Shown: piece by piece, positions 18,493-27,885 of the stretch | How the letters are laid out: each line of letters starts with the position of its first letter | Position numbering within the stretch: position 1 is the first letter of the stretch | DNA from: a bacterium | GTDB lineage: Bacteria; Acidobacteriota; HRBIN11; JAKEFK01 | Length of the DNA: 64,000 bases | NCBI GenBank assembly: GCA_022616075.1 | Contig: JAKEFK010000374.1 | Coordinates: forward strand, 8,560-72,559 | Direction of reading: 5' to 3' | Made by a program: the position numbers and the translations under genes | Notes under the pieces: model-generated | What the model was told of the DNA's origin: nothing | Seen by the model: only the letters and a program-made list of their open reading frames with translations | Databases searched by the model: none

Positions 18493-19195
18493 CAGTTTTT
18501 GGATCCCAGAATGGACCGGTCAGCCCAATCTGTCCGAAGATTTCCACCATCTCTTCTGCGGCAGGACGTCTTGATTCCACCGTTAAACGATTTTCGTACC
18601 ATTGCAATGCAAGAAACCAGAGCTGATGCAGATTCAAAATGGGACGCTTCGGAGTCCCTTTGGATTCGCACCACCGGTCGACATTCTCTTCCGACCGGAA
18701 GAGAAGCATTGTGGATCACGTAAAGATAACATCCTTCCACCAAAGAGCAGCAGGTACAGCGAAGTGCACCGCACATTCCTGCGGCACCACAGAACCATTT
18801 TTCACTTCAAGCAGGATCGGCTCATTCGTATAACCATCCGTGGCATTTACAATTGCATCCTTTTGCAGGGCAGCAGCAACGCCCAATCCGTCCCAGATAC
18901 AATTTGCAAAATAAGACTTCCCTTCAATCTCCACGCGGAAGGAAGTTGGTATACCGGAAAAAGGGGGCGCCATGCGGATTCGCGAAGGATCCTGAGGTTC
19001 TGGAACAAGAAGGCGTTTCGCGTGCAATCGCTGATACGCCTCGTCCACTTGATCATTTGAAACTCCAAGCATCCGGGCAACTTCGGCTGAGGAAGGTGCT
19101 TTTGTTGTTTCCGCGATCGTCTGATAAATCTGCAGTTTTACTCTTGTATCAAAATCCACGAATTCATCATATATGAGTACCAAAGTATTGAGCAA
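18476..19195 (-). CDS. MerB-family (organomercurial-lyase-like) protein interrupted by an in-frame UGA at 18718-18716; candidate selenoprotein or pseudogene
   Basis: The 159-aa and 77-aa ORFs are in one frame, separated by a single TGA. FANCIWDGL resembles MerB WCALDTL (Cys96/Asp99). ECAVHF resembles MerB CCHVHFF. Confidence 0.5.
18684..18705 (-). promoter_or_regulatory. SECIS-like mRNA hairpin: 9-bp stem UUCUCUUCC/GGAAGAGAA with GGUC tetraloop, starting 11 nt 3' of the in-frame UGA
   Basis: Perfect complementarity read directly. The loop sequence and its distance from the UGA are as in the E. coli fdhF SECIS minimal hairpin. Confidence 0.45.
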
Positions 19196-19309
19196 TAAGA
19201 AATGAGTATTCCTCAGCAGGTCTCATCGCTCATTACTCATCACTCTGGCACCGAAAAGGAGTGCGGGCGCAATTTCTTGCGCCCTTTGATGATGAGGAAT
19301 TATAAAGGT

Positions 19310-20773
19310 CTAAAGCTCTTCGTCTTTTTCGGCTCCGAGTCTACAGAGGTCTTCCAGATATTGAACACCGCCGGAAACATTTTGCGTTTCGTGCGGTGGA
19401 GGGCATCCTTCCGTGCGGATTGGCATCACCGTTTGTTGCCGCCGGTTACGGGGATCCATTCTTTCAATCGGAAGCGGTATATTTTTAAAAGCCGCTCGCA
19501 TTTTGCTAAATTCATCCGTTTGGACAGCCGGTTCGCGCCGCTCGGTCAGAAAAGTAATTTCGCGTCGCGCGCCGACCATTCGTTCATAGAATGGAGGATG
19601 AGTCCTGAACCAGGATGCTCCGCTTGCGTACCCTTTTTCAGTGGCCATTTTATCGAAGAAACGAGAAAAGCCACGAGGATCATAACCGGCATGCCATGCA
19701 TATTGCACACCAAGTTGATCTGCTTCTAATTCGAATTCGCGGCTTTTTCCAAGGATATTCAGGTTCAATGCAAGTCCCAGGCCCATCGCTCCATAATTGA
19801 GACCGTAGTAGAGACCGGGACTGCCCGCAACAGCTCCTGCAATTCTTGCCGCCTGAATTAAAATGTTCGCCATATTCGCTTTTCGCTGCAGTTTGTGCCC
19901 GTGGCGCGCGGCAGCATGTGCGATTTCGTGCGAGATGACGCCTGCGACTTCCGCTTCATTATCAGCAGCCTCCAGCAATCCGCGGTTAATGAACAGGAAA
20001 CCGCCCGGCAGCGCAAAGGCATTGATCTCTTTGGAATTGAGAACGGTGACTTTTACAGGAACCTGCAAATCGGAATGCTTTGCCAGATTCTCTGTAAGAT
20101 TCGACACATAATTCTGAACGATTGAGCTTTCCAATTCAGGTGGCATTGCGCCTTGCCGCCTCAACTGAATGATCGCTTCCAATCCGGTTTTTACATCGTC
20201 TTCCTGGTCTTCGGCAACAACTCGATAACCGATGTCATTTACATTGGCCCATCGCCGGTTGCGGTAAGAACCGGAGGAGAGCTCCTGGTTGATCCGCTGA
20301 CGCTCAGCCGGCCAGTGTTGAATGAGGTCCACTTTGGCTTTGCGATTGTCGTACGCAACTGGAATTGCCTGATCGGAGAGAATGTCAGCCCTGGCTTTCA
20401 GGATGCGTAAGTTTTGGATTTGACAGTGTCGCTGATGGCGCTCACCTTCATCGATTCTGCCGCCGACCATGTACAAATCACCGCTTGCTGAACGGAGCTC
20501 ATTTTCATATTGACGGCTCCGGTTCTCATACACATCAACACAGTAATCCTTCGATTCATCCAGATAATCCTTCATTTTTTCAAGCTGAGCAGATGTGTAG
20601 CGAAAACGTGAGGCTTCCTCGAAAAGTTCCGCATAAGGCTGGCGCGTTATGTCCAGTACTTCAGGAGCCAGTGGTCGTTGCGGCAGTGCTTTCGGCCGGC
20701 CCGCGCATCCTGCAAGAACGATAGGTGCAACAATCAGGAAAAGAACAAGACCATGACAAATTGCCGGCTTCAA
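19310..20773 (-). CDS. M48-family zinc metalloprotease lipoprotein
   Basis: Lipobox LAGCAG. HEIAHAAARHG (HExxH). Confidence 0.75.
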   Translation of the reverse strand: MKPAICHGLVLFLIVAPIVLAGCAGRPKALPQRPLAPEVLDITRQPYAELFEEASRFRYTSAQLEKMKDYLDESKDYCVDVYENRSRQYENELRSASGDLYMVGGRIDEGERHQRHCQIQNLRILKARADILSDQAIPVAYDNRKAKVDLIQHWPAERQRINQELSSGSYRNRRWANVNDIGYRVVAEDQEDDVKTGLEAIIQLRRQGAMPPELESSIVQNYVSNLTENLAKHSDLQVPVKVTVLNSKEINAFALPGGFLFINRGLLEAADNEAEVAGVISHEIAHAAARHGHKLQRKANMANILIQAARIAGAVAGSPGLYYGLNYGAMGLGLALNLNILGKSREFELEADQLGVQYAWHAGYDPRGFSRFFDKMATEKGYASGASWFRTHPPFYERMVGARREITFLTERREPAVQTDEFSKMRAAFKNIPLPIERMDPRNRRQQTVMPIRTEGCPPPHETQNVSGGVQYLEDLCRLGAEKDEEL

Positions 20774-20861
20774 CGTTGCTACCCTCCAACACTATAAAAA
20801 TAAGTCCCAGTGAAAGAGCGTCAATCTTCCGTTGTAGCGAACCCGGCAAAATTTATGTCGT

Positions 20862-20920
20862 GTAGTTGCAGAGCATTTGCCACGTCTTTGGCAAAGCCGT
20901 GGCAAATGCTCTGCCACTAC
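20862..20920. repeat. MITE-family D minimal copy (abutting terminal inverted repeats GTAGTTGCAGAGCATTTGCC / GGCAAATGCTCTGCCACTAC)
   Basis: Near-perfect 20-bp inverted repeat. Same terminal inverted repeats as the roughly 200-bp elements at 29033 and 52813. Confidence 0.65.
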
Positions 20921-20925
20921 GAATT

Positions 20926-21690
20926 CTACTTCAGGCGGGCCTTTAAATCATGTTGCAAGTTCTTAATCACCAGCCGATCCTCTTCCAACGCCAGCGTCGC
21001 CGAAAAGCGTCCGCACGTTGGACAGCAGTTCTCGTCTGAAGAACGCCAGACATAGTTGCTTGCCTTCATCTGCTCGAAATTTACCAGCGTCTCCCGAATG
21101 ACCGTGCAATCTTTGGGCAGCCGGGACCGCAAATCTTCCATCCAGGATTGAGTATCCAAAATTTGCCACCCTGAATCCTTCCACATCAGCACATTATCCA
21201 GCTCTGCATTTGCGGTACTGGCGGACCTGTGCGGAATTTGCAATAACACTCCGCTTGCGCTTTTAATAATTCGTGGCTCTTCGAACCAGCCGACATTCAG
21301 ATCGGTGCGATCCGAGTAAAAAGGGCGCAGCATGTTGGGCGAAGTTTTGTCGGAGTAAAAAAGCACTACTGCAGTATTCGTACGTGGATACTGTGTGGAA
21401 TAATTCGATTTACCATAATTTTCCGATTCATACTTGTCGAGCCATTCGTAAAGGACGTAGTAAAAATTCTTGTCATCCAGCTGCCCCAAATCTCCCAGCT
21501 TTTTGATGGTGCAGCGCTCGACGGAGTCGTCCGGAGATTTTGCAGGCAAGCATTCCTTACGGACGGCATCCCAACTGTGGGTGGAATTCACATCGATGAT
21601 CGGATATTCAGCCTCCGGTTGAACACGAACCGTTTCAGCTGAAAACGCTGTGGACACAAAGAAACAGAGAATCAGTAGTATTCGTAGCAT
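20926..21690 (-). CDS. Secreted hypothetical protein (about 254 aa)
   Basis: Signal peptide MLRILLILCFFVSTAFSAE. Start trimmed from 21864 because the extension reads through the family-B repeat. Confidence 0.5.
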   Translation of the reverse strand: MLRILLILCFFVSTAFSAETVRVQPEAEYPIIDVNSTHSWDAVRKECLPAKSPDDSVERCTIKKLGDLGQLDDKNFYYVLYEWLDKYESENYGKSNYSTQYPRTNTAVVLFYSDKTSPNMLRPFYSDRTDLNVGWFEEPRIIKSASGVLLQIPHRSASTANAELDNVLMWKDSGWQILDTQSWMEDLRSRLPKDCTVIRETLVNFEQMKASNYVWRSSDENCCPTCGRFSATLALEEDRLVIKNLQHDLKARLK

Positions 21691-21707
21691 TTTGTCCTCG
21701 CCAATTG

Positions 21708-21784
21708 TTTGTAACGCCGGCTTCCAGCCGGCCAGACTTGTATACCTCAAAATGTATTGCCGGCTGGAAGCCGGCGCTACAAAG
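21708..21784. repeat. Inverted-repeat element family B (25-bp arms TTTGTAACGCCGGCTTCCAGCCGGC / GCCGGCTGGAAGCCGGCGCTACAAA)
   Basis: Near-perfect inverted repeats with a roughly 28-bp spacer. Confidence 0.7.
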
Positions 21785-21885
21785 AGTTCATTCAAACCAG
21801 ATTTCGATGATGTAAGATCACCAACCGCTAAACTTAAATGCGTCAAACCATGTGTTTTGATCATTGATTTCTCCGTGAAGACTTT

Positions 21886-24800
21886 TTACTTTGCGTCTTT
21901 GCGACTTTGCGTTGAAGATTGATCGATGTGCCGAAGACCCTCGCGAGCGGTTTCATTTTCCGGTTCCAACTCGAGTACCTGCATGAAAAGCTCCTGTGCG
22001 CCGAGTATATCTCCCTGATTCAGGATTTCGCGGGCGGCGCTCAGGATGTTTTCCACTTCGCTGTGCCGCAGCTGATGTTGCAGAGTTTCTAACTCCACTT
22101 CGGTAATCTTCAAATCGTCTTCTGTAAGGGACCCCGTTTTGTTGATATCTATTTTCGGACTTCTGATTCGCTGGTGTTTTTCAGGAAGCACTCGATGAAA
22201 GCTCTCTAAAGCGCCAAGTGCTCCCTCACGGTCGCCTGATTCCAAATACTGCAGACCCTTCTGAAGAATCACTCCCAGATCGGCCTCCTTTTGCTTTTTT
22301 ATTTCCACCGACTCGGCAAAATCTCTCAAAACGGTTTCATACTCCAATAACAGTAAAGACCTGGAAAATAAACGATCCATGCGGGCGCGCATTCTGGATA
22401 TATCCCCTGATTCAATTTCAATCACCAGCATCGGCAACTCATCTATAATGCTGTCTCCATCTTCCGCATAAGCGGTTCGGCTTGCAGTCTCCTTCAAACG
22501 AATCAATAAATCCGGCAAATGTTTAAACTCTCTTTTTACGACAAGTTTCACAACGGCGCGTATCGTTTCAAGCACGTTCCGGTTTTCGGCTTCCGCTGCT
22601 TCTATCTGCGCTCTCAACTGCATCGCGGGTTCCATTTCCGGCTGCTGATCCAAAACTTGATCCAGCTTTTCGAGCGCTTGATGGTAAAGTCGTTGATGAT
22701 AAAGCAATGCCGCTTCTTCCAACTCTCCCTGGATGCTAGTCCGGAACGCTTCATCCTTTTGTATTTCAGCATCTAACTTATTAGAAACATAACGAACCTG
22801 TTCGGCCAGATCGTCGAAAGAAAATTCTGCCAGCGCTTTCCTGGACTTATCCAGTTTTCGGTGCGCTTCCTCGAAGTTGCCATAGAAAATTAGCTCTTCC
22901 GCCTCGGCCAGCATAGCAATAATGGATAGGCGGATTTGTCGCTCTTTTTTCAGACGCTGCTGAGCTTGCTCAATCCATTCTTTCAGATAAGGTTCATCCG
23001 ACAGCGAGCTTGCTTTTTTCCAGCATTCGATGGCTTTCTGCCATCTGTGCCTGTCATAGTATTCTTTTCCTTTTTGAAGCGCGGACTGGAGGCGCTGGGC
23101 AGTGTGCTGCGCGTTGATCGCTTCTTCAATGGAACTTTTTAGTTCCAGGGCTTCCTGTTCAACAACATCTTTTTCCAGAAGGGGAGAAATCCTTTCCAGG
23201 GCTTCGGCATATGCACCCTGCTTATATAATCCCTTGATTTTTCTTAATTCTTCCGATACGTCTTCAAGATGTTTTTGTTGTTCGCGCGTGTGAAGAAGGA
23301 TTTCAGCTTCAAGAGTTTCAATCTGTCTCTCCCATTCGATCAGGCGATACCCCGGTTGAATCGACTTCAACAATTTTTCCACCTTGTTCTGCGCTTCCTG
23401 CCAATGTTCTTTCAACACGAGCGAGTAACACTCCTTCAATTGCCGGAGCAGCTCTTCTTGAATGTAGAACTCTTCTCTTAAATGGTTCTCCGCGTCGCTT
23501 AGCGCTTGCTGTATTTCCTCCGAATCCGGAAATAGTTGCAAGATTTCGTTCCAGCATTCCATGGCACGTTCCCATTCAAGCCCGGAAGCGAACTCTTGCG
23601 CCTCCTGCAACCTCGCTCCGCGATATGCGCTCAAAATTTCTAACCGAAGTTCGTCCGCTTCCGGCAAAGAGATTTGACTGCGAAGTGTGTCGATCCTGTT
23701 CAGGGCATCAACATAATGGCCCGAATCCAGCAAATTTCTGGTTTCCGAAAAGGCCTCCGTAAGCAATTTGTCCCGCTCAAATAGTTTTTCGGCCGCTGAC
23801 GTTTCAATTTCACCGAATACCGATTGATGCGGCTCCAACCAGCCGAATGGATCTTTTGTCAACAACTTATTCAAGATTCGAGGGACCTGATCATATTGTT
23901 CCGCCTGAAAGGCAGACTCCAGGGATACGACTGCTTTTCGGATCCGATCGATTTCCTTCCGGCAAGTATCGATTCCCAAATTTGCATGCAGTTTTGTCAG
24001 CAGCTTCGAGGCGACCTCAAAATCACAAAAAGAAAGCGGCTGCACGGCTAACTCCAGCCCCTGTTTGATCTGATCTTGAACTTTCTCCCACCTGCTTTCC
24101 AGAATCTGATCGCGCAACTCTTTAGCGGCTCGATGCGAAGAATTTTCTTCCAGAATTTCCTGGGCAATTCCAAAAGCCTGCTCCTCGTCTCCCTGCGCAA
24201 ACAGCGACCGGGCCTCATCCATTTTCCTGTTGTACTTCTCTGTAAATTCGTCTTCGCGGGCAAGCTGAATCCGTTGCTGCATGCTGATGATGTCCGGGTC
24301 ATTTGGTTGCAAATGCCACGCGGACTCCAAGCTGGCCATGGCCGCCAGGTAATCCTTCCGCTCCAGCCGGTCTTCGGCTTCCTGCAAGTAAGATCCGACC
24401 GCTTGTTTTTTCCCCGCGATCAACTGGTCCTGCAGTTTTTTGAGCTGATTGAGAACGCCGGTACCTTCCAGTTGAATATTACCGATTCGTTCCAGGACGA
24501 ACTGCGCCTGCGCAAAATTCCCTTTGCGGATAAAGAGTCTGGTGTGGCGAATGTCCCGCTTTGTCTTTTCGGAAAGCGCGTTTTTTAACAGTTTTTTCCA
24601 GCGCGGGTTGTCCGGTTGATCTTTCAACAAGGATTGAAGGACCTTGATCGCTTGAGCGAATTTATGCTCCGCAATCAACTTGTGAGTCAATTGCTCACTT
24701 GCCTGCAACTGCGGATCAGAGACAGGCTGACCAAATGAAGCGAGATCGTTCAGTATTTCCTCGGCGCTCTGGTAGCGGTTCTCGGGCTCTTTTTGCAAAG

Positions 24801-26445
24801 CCTTCATGATGATCCGTTCGAGATCAGCAGAAAAAGCCGGAACGATCTCAGAAGGTCTGGGAGGATCCGCTTTTAAATGAGCATAAATGACGGCTACAGG
24901 AGTCGGACCATCGAAAGGAAGACGTCCGGTTAACAAGCTGTACATGAGAACGCCTATGGAATACAAATCGGCGCGCGCATCGACCGCTTTTTCTTCAAAC
25001 ACTTCCGGAGCCATGTAATGCGGAGATCCAAGAAGCGACCCGGTCTGCGTAATCCTGGAATAATCAGCCGATAAAGAGATGCCGAAATCCATTATTTTCA
25101 GGCGCGACCGCACATCGATCATGATGTTTTGCGGTTTCAAATCCCGGTGAATAATGCCGGCGCGGTGCGTTTCCCGGATCGCATGCAATACTTGCTCTAG
25201 AATCGGGATCGATGTTTCCGCCGGAAGCCGTCCTTGCGTACGCATGTAATCTGCAAGTGTCCTTCCTTCTACAAACTCCATGGACACGTAATGGACACCG
25301 TTTTGCTCGCCGATGTCGTAAACCCGGCACACATTGGGATGAGTTACTTTGCGCGCAAGGATAACTTCCCTTTTGAATCTGGCCAGTGTTTTTTCGTCTT
25401 CGGCGATGTCGAGTGAAACGGTTTTTAAAGCAACTGGGATTTCCAAAATCTTATCCAGCGCTTTGAAGACCATTCCCATTTCGCCGTGACCGAGTTTGCC
25501 TTCAATTAAGTAGCGTCCCGCAAAGACTTCGCCCGTTTCCGGTTCGGAAAGAAGGGGTACAAGCGGAACCGGTTGAGTCGTAGACAACTCCAACTCCGCC
25601 AGAAATTCGTCGATCGTCTGATGACGTTCTTCGCGACGTTTTGCCAGAGCTTTTAAAATTAGACGGTCTAACGATTCCGGAAAGGTTCCCGCGGGAAAAT
25701 AAAAGGAAGGCGGACTCGGCATTTCATGCGCATGTTTCATGAAATAACCTTGAGGACTCTTCGAGTAAAAGGGCAGATTCCCGGTTAACATTTGATAAAA
25801 AGTTACGGCGAGCGAATATATGTCCGATCGACCGTCCAACGTCTGTCTTTCTCCGGAAAGTGTGCACTGTTCCGGACTGCAGTATTCCGGTTTTCCGATG
25901 AACAGATTGACCGCCGTTAATTGCAAGGAAGTCTCCAACAGAGGTTTCGCTATTCCAAAGTCAATTACCTTTGTGACTTCCGGTTCCCGGTCATTTAAGA
26001 GAATGAGATTATCCGGAGAAATATCCCGGTGGATGATTCCATTTTGGTGAGCACACTGTAGTCCGGATGCCGCTTGCCGCATGATCCTGATCGCGTCCGA
26101 AATCGGAATTCGTCCGACTCTGCGGATCCTGTGCCATACACTCTCTCCCCTGATCAATTCCATCACCATAAAAAAAGAATCGGTTTCGAGAGTTCCAAAT
26201 TCGTAAAGCTGCACGAGATTCGCGTGACGAAGTTTGGTGAGAATCTTTGCTTCACGGATGAAACGATCGATAAAACTGCTGCCGCCGGCTAGCCGGGCGT
26301 GAATCACCTTGATCGCTCGCTCTTCGTCCAGAAATGCGTGGCGTGCCCTGTAGACGGCGCCCATTCCGCCTTTTCCTAAGAGTTCGAGGATTTCGTATTC
26401 CCGGATCCTGGAACCGATCAAAGAGTCTTTTTGCGGCTCAGCCAT
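21886..26445 (-). CDS. Giant tandem Ser/Thr protein kinase (two Hanks-type kinase domains) fused to about 1000 aa of TPR/helical repeats
   Basis: Domain 1: GKGGMGAVY, AIKVI, HRDISPDN, DFG, SPE. Domain 2: GHGEMGMVF, ALKTV, HRDLKPQN, DFG, APE. Confidence 0.85.
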   Translation of the reverse strand: MAEPQKDSLIGSRIREYEILELLGKGGMGAVYRARHAFLDEERAIKVIHARLAGGSSFIDRFIREAKILTKLRHANLVQLYEFGTLETDSFFMVMELIRGESVWHRIRRVGRIPISDAIRIMRQAASGLQCAHQNGIIHRDISPDNLILLNDREPEVTKVIDFGIAKPLLETSLQLTAVNLFIGKPEYCSPEQCTLSGERQTLDGRSDIYSLAVTFYQMLTGNLPFYSKSPQGYFMKHAHEMPSPPSFYFPAGTFPESLDRLILKALAKRREERHQTIDEFLAELELSTTQPVPLVPLLSEPETGEVFAGRYLIEGKLGHGEMGMVFKALDKILEIPVALKTVSLDIAEDEKTLARFKREVILARKVTHPNVCRVYDIGEQNGVHYVSMEFVEGRTLADYMRTQGRLPAETSIPILEQVLHAIRETHRAGIIHRDLKPQNIMIDVRSRLKIMDFGISLSADYSRITQTGSLLGSPHYMAPEVFEEKAVDARADLYSIGVLMYSLLTGRLPFDGPTPVAVIYAHLKADPPRPSEIVPAFSADLERIIMKALQKEPENRYQSAEEILNDLASFGQPVSDPQLQASEQLTHKLIAEHKFAQAIKVLQSLLKDQPDNPRWKKLLKNALSEKTKRDIRHTRLFIRKGNFAQAQFVLERIGNIQLEGTGVLNQLKKLQDQLIAGKKQAVGSYLQEAEDRLERKDYLAAMASLESAWHLQPNDPDIISMQQRIQLAREDEFTEKYNRKMDEARSLFAQGDEEQAFGIAQEILEENSSHRAAKELRDQILESRWEKVQDQIKQGLELAVQPLSFCDFEVASKLLTKLHANLGIDTCRKEIDRIRKAVVSLESAFQAEQYDQVPRILNKLLTKDPFGWLEPHQSVFGEIETSAAEKLFERDKLLTEAFSETRNLLDSGHYVDALNRIDTLRSQISLPEADELRLEILSAYRGARLQEAQEFASGLEWERAMECWNEILQLFPDSEEIQQALSDAENHLREEFYIQEELLRQLKECYSLVLKEHWQEAQNKVEKLLKSIQPGYRLIEWERQIETLEAEILLHTREQQKHLEDVSEELRKIKGLYKQGAYAEALERISPLLEKDVVEQEALELKSSIEEAINAQHTAQRLQSALQKGKEYYDRHRWQKAIECWKKASSLSDEPYLKEWIEQAQQRLKKERQIRLSIIAMLAEAEELIFYGNFEEAHRKLDKSRKALAEFSFDDLAEQVRYVSNKLDAEIQKDEAFRTSIQGELEEAALLYHQRLYHQALEKLDQVLDQQPEMEPAMQLRAQIEAAEAENRNVLETIRAVVKLVVKREFKHLPDLLIRLKETASRTAYAEDGDSIIDELPMLVIEIESGDISRMRARMDRLFSRSLLLLEYETVLRDFAESVEIKKQKEADLGVILQKGLQYLESGDREGALGALESFHRVLPEKHQRIRSPKIDINKTGSLTEDDLKITEVELETLQHQLRHSEVENILSAAREILNQGDILGAQELFMQVLELEPENETAREGLRHIDQSSTQSRKDAK

Positions 26446-26563
26446 TGGAAGTTCCTTCCATTATAGTGCATAAATTTTTACCGCAGAGATCGCTGAGGGC
26501 GCAGAGGTAAAAAGAGAATTTTCATTTCTTATCACTGCGCTCTCGGCGTGCTCTGCGGTGAAT

Positions 26564-27613
26564 TTAGGTGCCCCATTTAAAGATTTGTTGGAGTTCGAAA
26601 GGAACGGCCGTCTCGATTTGATCGAACGTGCATTCTTTGCGCGGTTTGTCGTGACGCCAACGCAAGAATGAGGCAGCGTGGCGAAAGCGTTCCCCCTGCA
26701 AATGATCAAACGCGACTTCACAGACAAGCTCCGGACGCAAACGCACCCAGTTCGTAGCGGCGTCGGCCTGCGACCATCTGCTGATTCCGCCGGGCGCTCG
26801 GCCTGCTCCAAATCCGTCAGCACCCGTTTTGTCCCGGTATGGTTTCAAGAATTTTACGAGTTTCTGGCGTTCCTCTTTTTGAAAATTCGAAGCATGCCCC
26901 ACATAATGCAACGTTTTCCCACGATACAATCCCAGCAACAATGAGCCGATCGCCTTCCCTTTTTGATCTTTGTACCAGCGAAAACCACCGACAACACAAT
27001 CGATCGTGCGCTGATGTTTTATTTTCATCATCACGCGCTTGCCGGGAATGTAAATCTCATTCGCCTCTTTGGCGATCACACCATCCAGCCCGGCTCCTTC
27101 AAAACGAACAAACCAATCTTTTGCCGTGGCGATGTCCGTTGTAGCGGGAGTCAAATAAACCGGTGGTCTGAATCTCGAAGCGATCAGTTCCAGTTTTTTC
27201 CGCCGTTTCTCGAAAGGAAGGTTCATGTAATTCGTACCAAGATGCGCCAGCAGATCAAAAGCAACAAAAGACGCAGGAATTTCTTTTGCGAGCTTGGCGA
27301 TGCGCGATGCGGCCGGATGAATTCTCATTTGCAGAGCATCAAAATCAAGACCTTTTGAGCTCGCAATTACAACTTCACCGTCCAGGACGATTTTTTTAGG
27401 AATAATTCTCTTCAGGTGCTCCTCAAGCTCCGGAAAATACCGGCCCAATGGTTTCAGGTCGCGGCTTTGGATCATAAGCTCATCGCCATCCCAGAAAACC
27501 AGCGCACGAAACCCATCCCACTTGGGCTCAAATATCCATCCGTTTTCTTCCGGAAGTTGGCGTGAAAGAACAGCGAGCATTGGCTGAATGGGAGGCTGAA
27601 CAGGAAGCTTCAT
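26564..27613 (-). CDS. ATP-dependent DNA ligase (LigC-like, adenylation plus OB domains only)
   Basis: Motif I EPKWDGFRA (KxDG). Confidence 0.8.
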   Translation of the reverse strand: MKLPVQPPIQPMLAVLSRQLPEENGWIFEPKWDGFRALVFWDGDELMIQSRDLKPLGRYFPELEEHLKRIIPKKIVLDGEVVIASSKGLDFDALQMRIHPAASRIAKLAKEIPASFVAFDLLAHLGTNYMNLPFEKRRKKLELIASRFRPPVYLTPATTDIATAKDWFVRFEGAGLDGVIAKEANEIYIPGKRVMMKIKHQRTIDCVVGGFRWYKDQKGKAIGSLLLGLYRGKTLHYVGHASNFQKEERQKLVKFLKPYRDKTGADGFGAGRAPGGISRWSQADAATNWVRLRPELVCEVAFDHLQGERFRHAASFLRWRHDKPRKECTFDQIETAVPFELQQIFKWGT

Positions 27614-27750
27614 TTATTTACCGGAGGTCCGTAGACGTAATTGAGCAAAAAAAGAATCACGCTTAGGATAATCACCCCGCTGATCACAATCGTCAGAAGC
27701 AACTTTGATTTTCTCTCCGCAGCCGTCTTTTTGTGTTTCTTCTTTGGCAT
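27610..27750 (-). CDS. Unannotated 46-aa single-TM protein (MPKKKHKKTAAERKSKLLLTIVISGVIILSVILFLLNYVYGPPVNK), stop overlapping the ligase ATG (ATGA)
   Basis: Lys-rich N-terminus plus a 23-residue hydrophobic helix. Below the 60-aa cutoff of the ORF track. Confidence 0.5.
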   Translation of the reverse strand: MPKKKHKKTAAERKSKLLLTIVISGVIILSVILFLLNYVYGPPVNK

Positions 27751-27809
27751 GAGATCCTATCCTAAATAGTATACGGAACCCTGTGTCGGGGATACAATTC
27801 GTAATCAAA

Positions 27810-27860
27810 GTAGCTCGGGCGTCTCGCCTGAGGCATACGCAGACGGGACGTCCGCGCTAC
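27810..27860. repeat. REP-like palindrome family A
   Basis: GTAGCTCGGGCGTCTCGCCTG…CGCAGACGGGACGTCCGCGCTAC, between divergent genes. Confidence 0.7.
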
Positions 27861-27885
27861 TTCGCTAACGTAGAACGGCAAAATC

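Noticed and set aside
18476-19195. Treating the MerB-like locus simply as two independent genes
   Set aside because: Both pieces are in the same frame, only two sense codons apart, and together reconstruct one family-typical protein. Readthrough/Sec or pseudogene are the only sensible models.
21691-21864. N-terminal extensions that read through repeats (also 57102-57179, 37493-37555, 34456-34608, 42581-42718, 43837-43902)
   Set aside because: Each extension crosses a REP or MITE copy or overlaps a convergent gene. In each case an internal Met gives a canonical signal peptide or family-typical N-terminus.
26461-26823. 120-aa ORF overlapping the ligase 3' end
   Set aside because: Out-of-frame overlap with a motif-supported gene. 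Arg/Ser-rich composition typical of frame shadows.
27614-27808. 64-aa ORF from the track upstream of the ligase
   Set aside because: A different frame over the same bases encodes a far more protein-like 46-aa TM peptide whose stop overlaps the ligase start. The 64-aa frame has no hydrophobic core and runs into the REP element.
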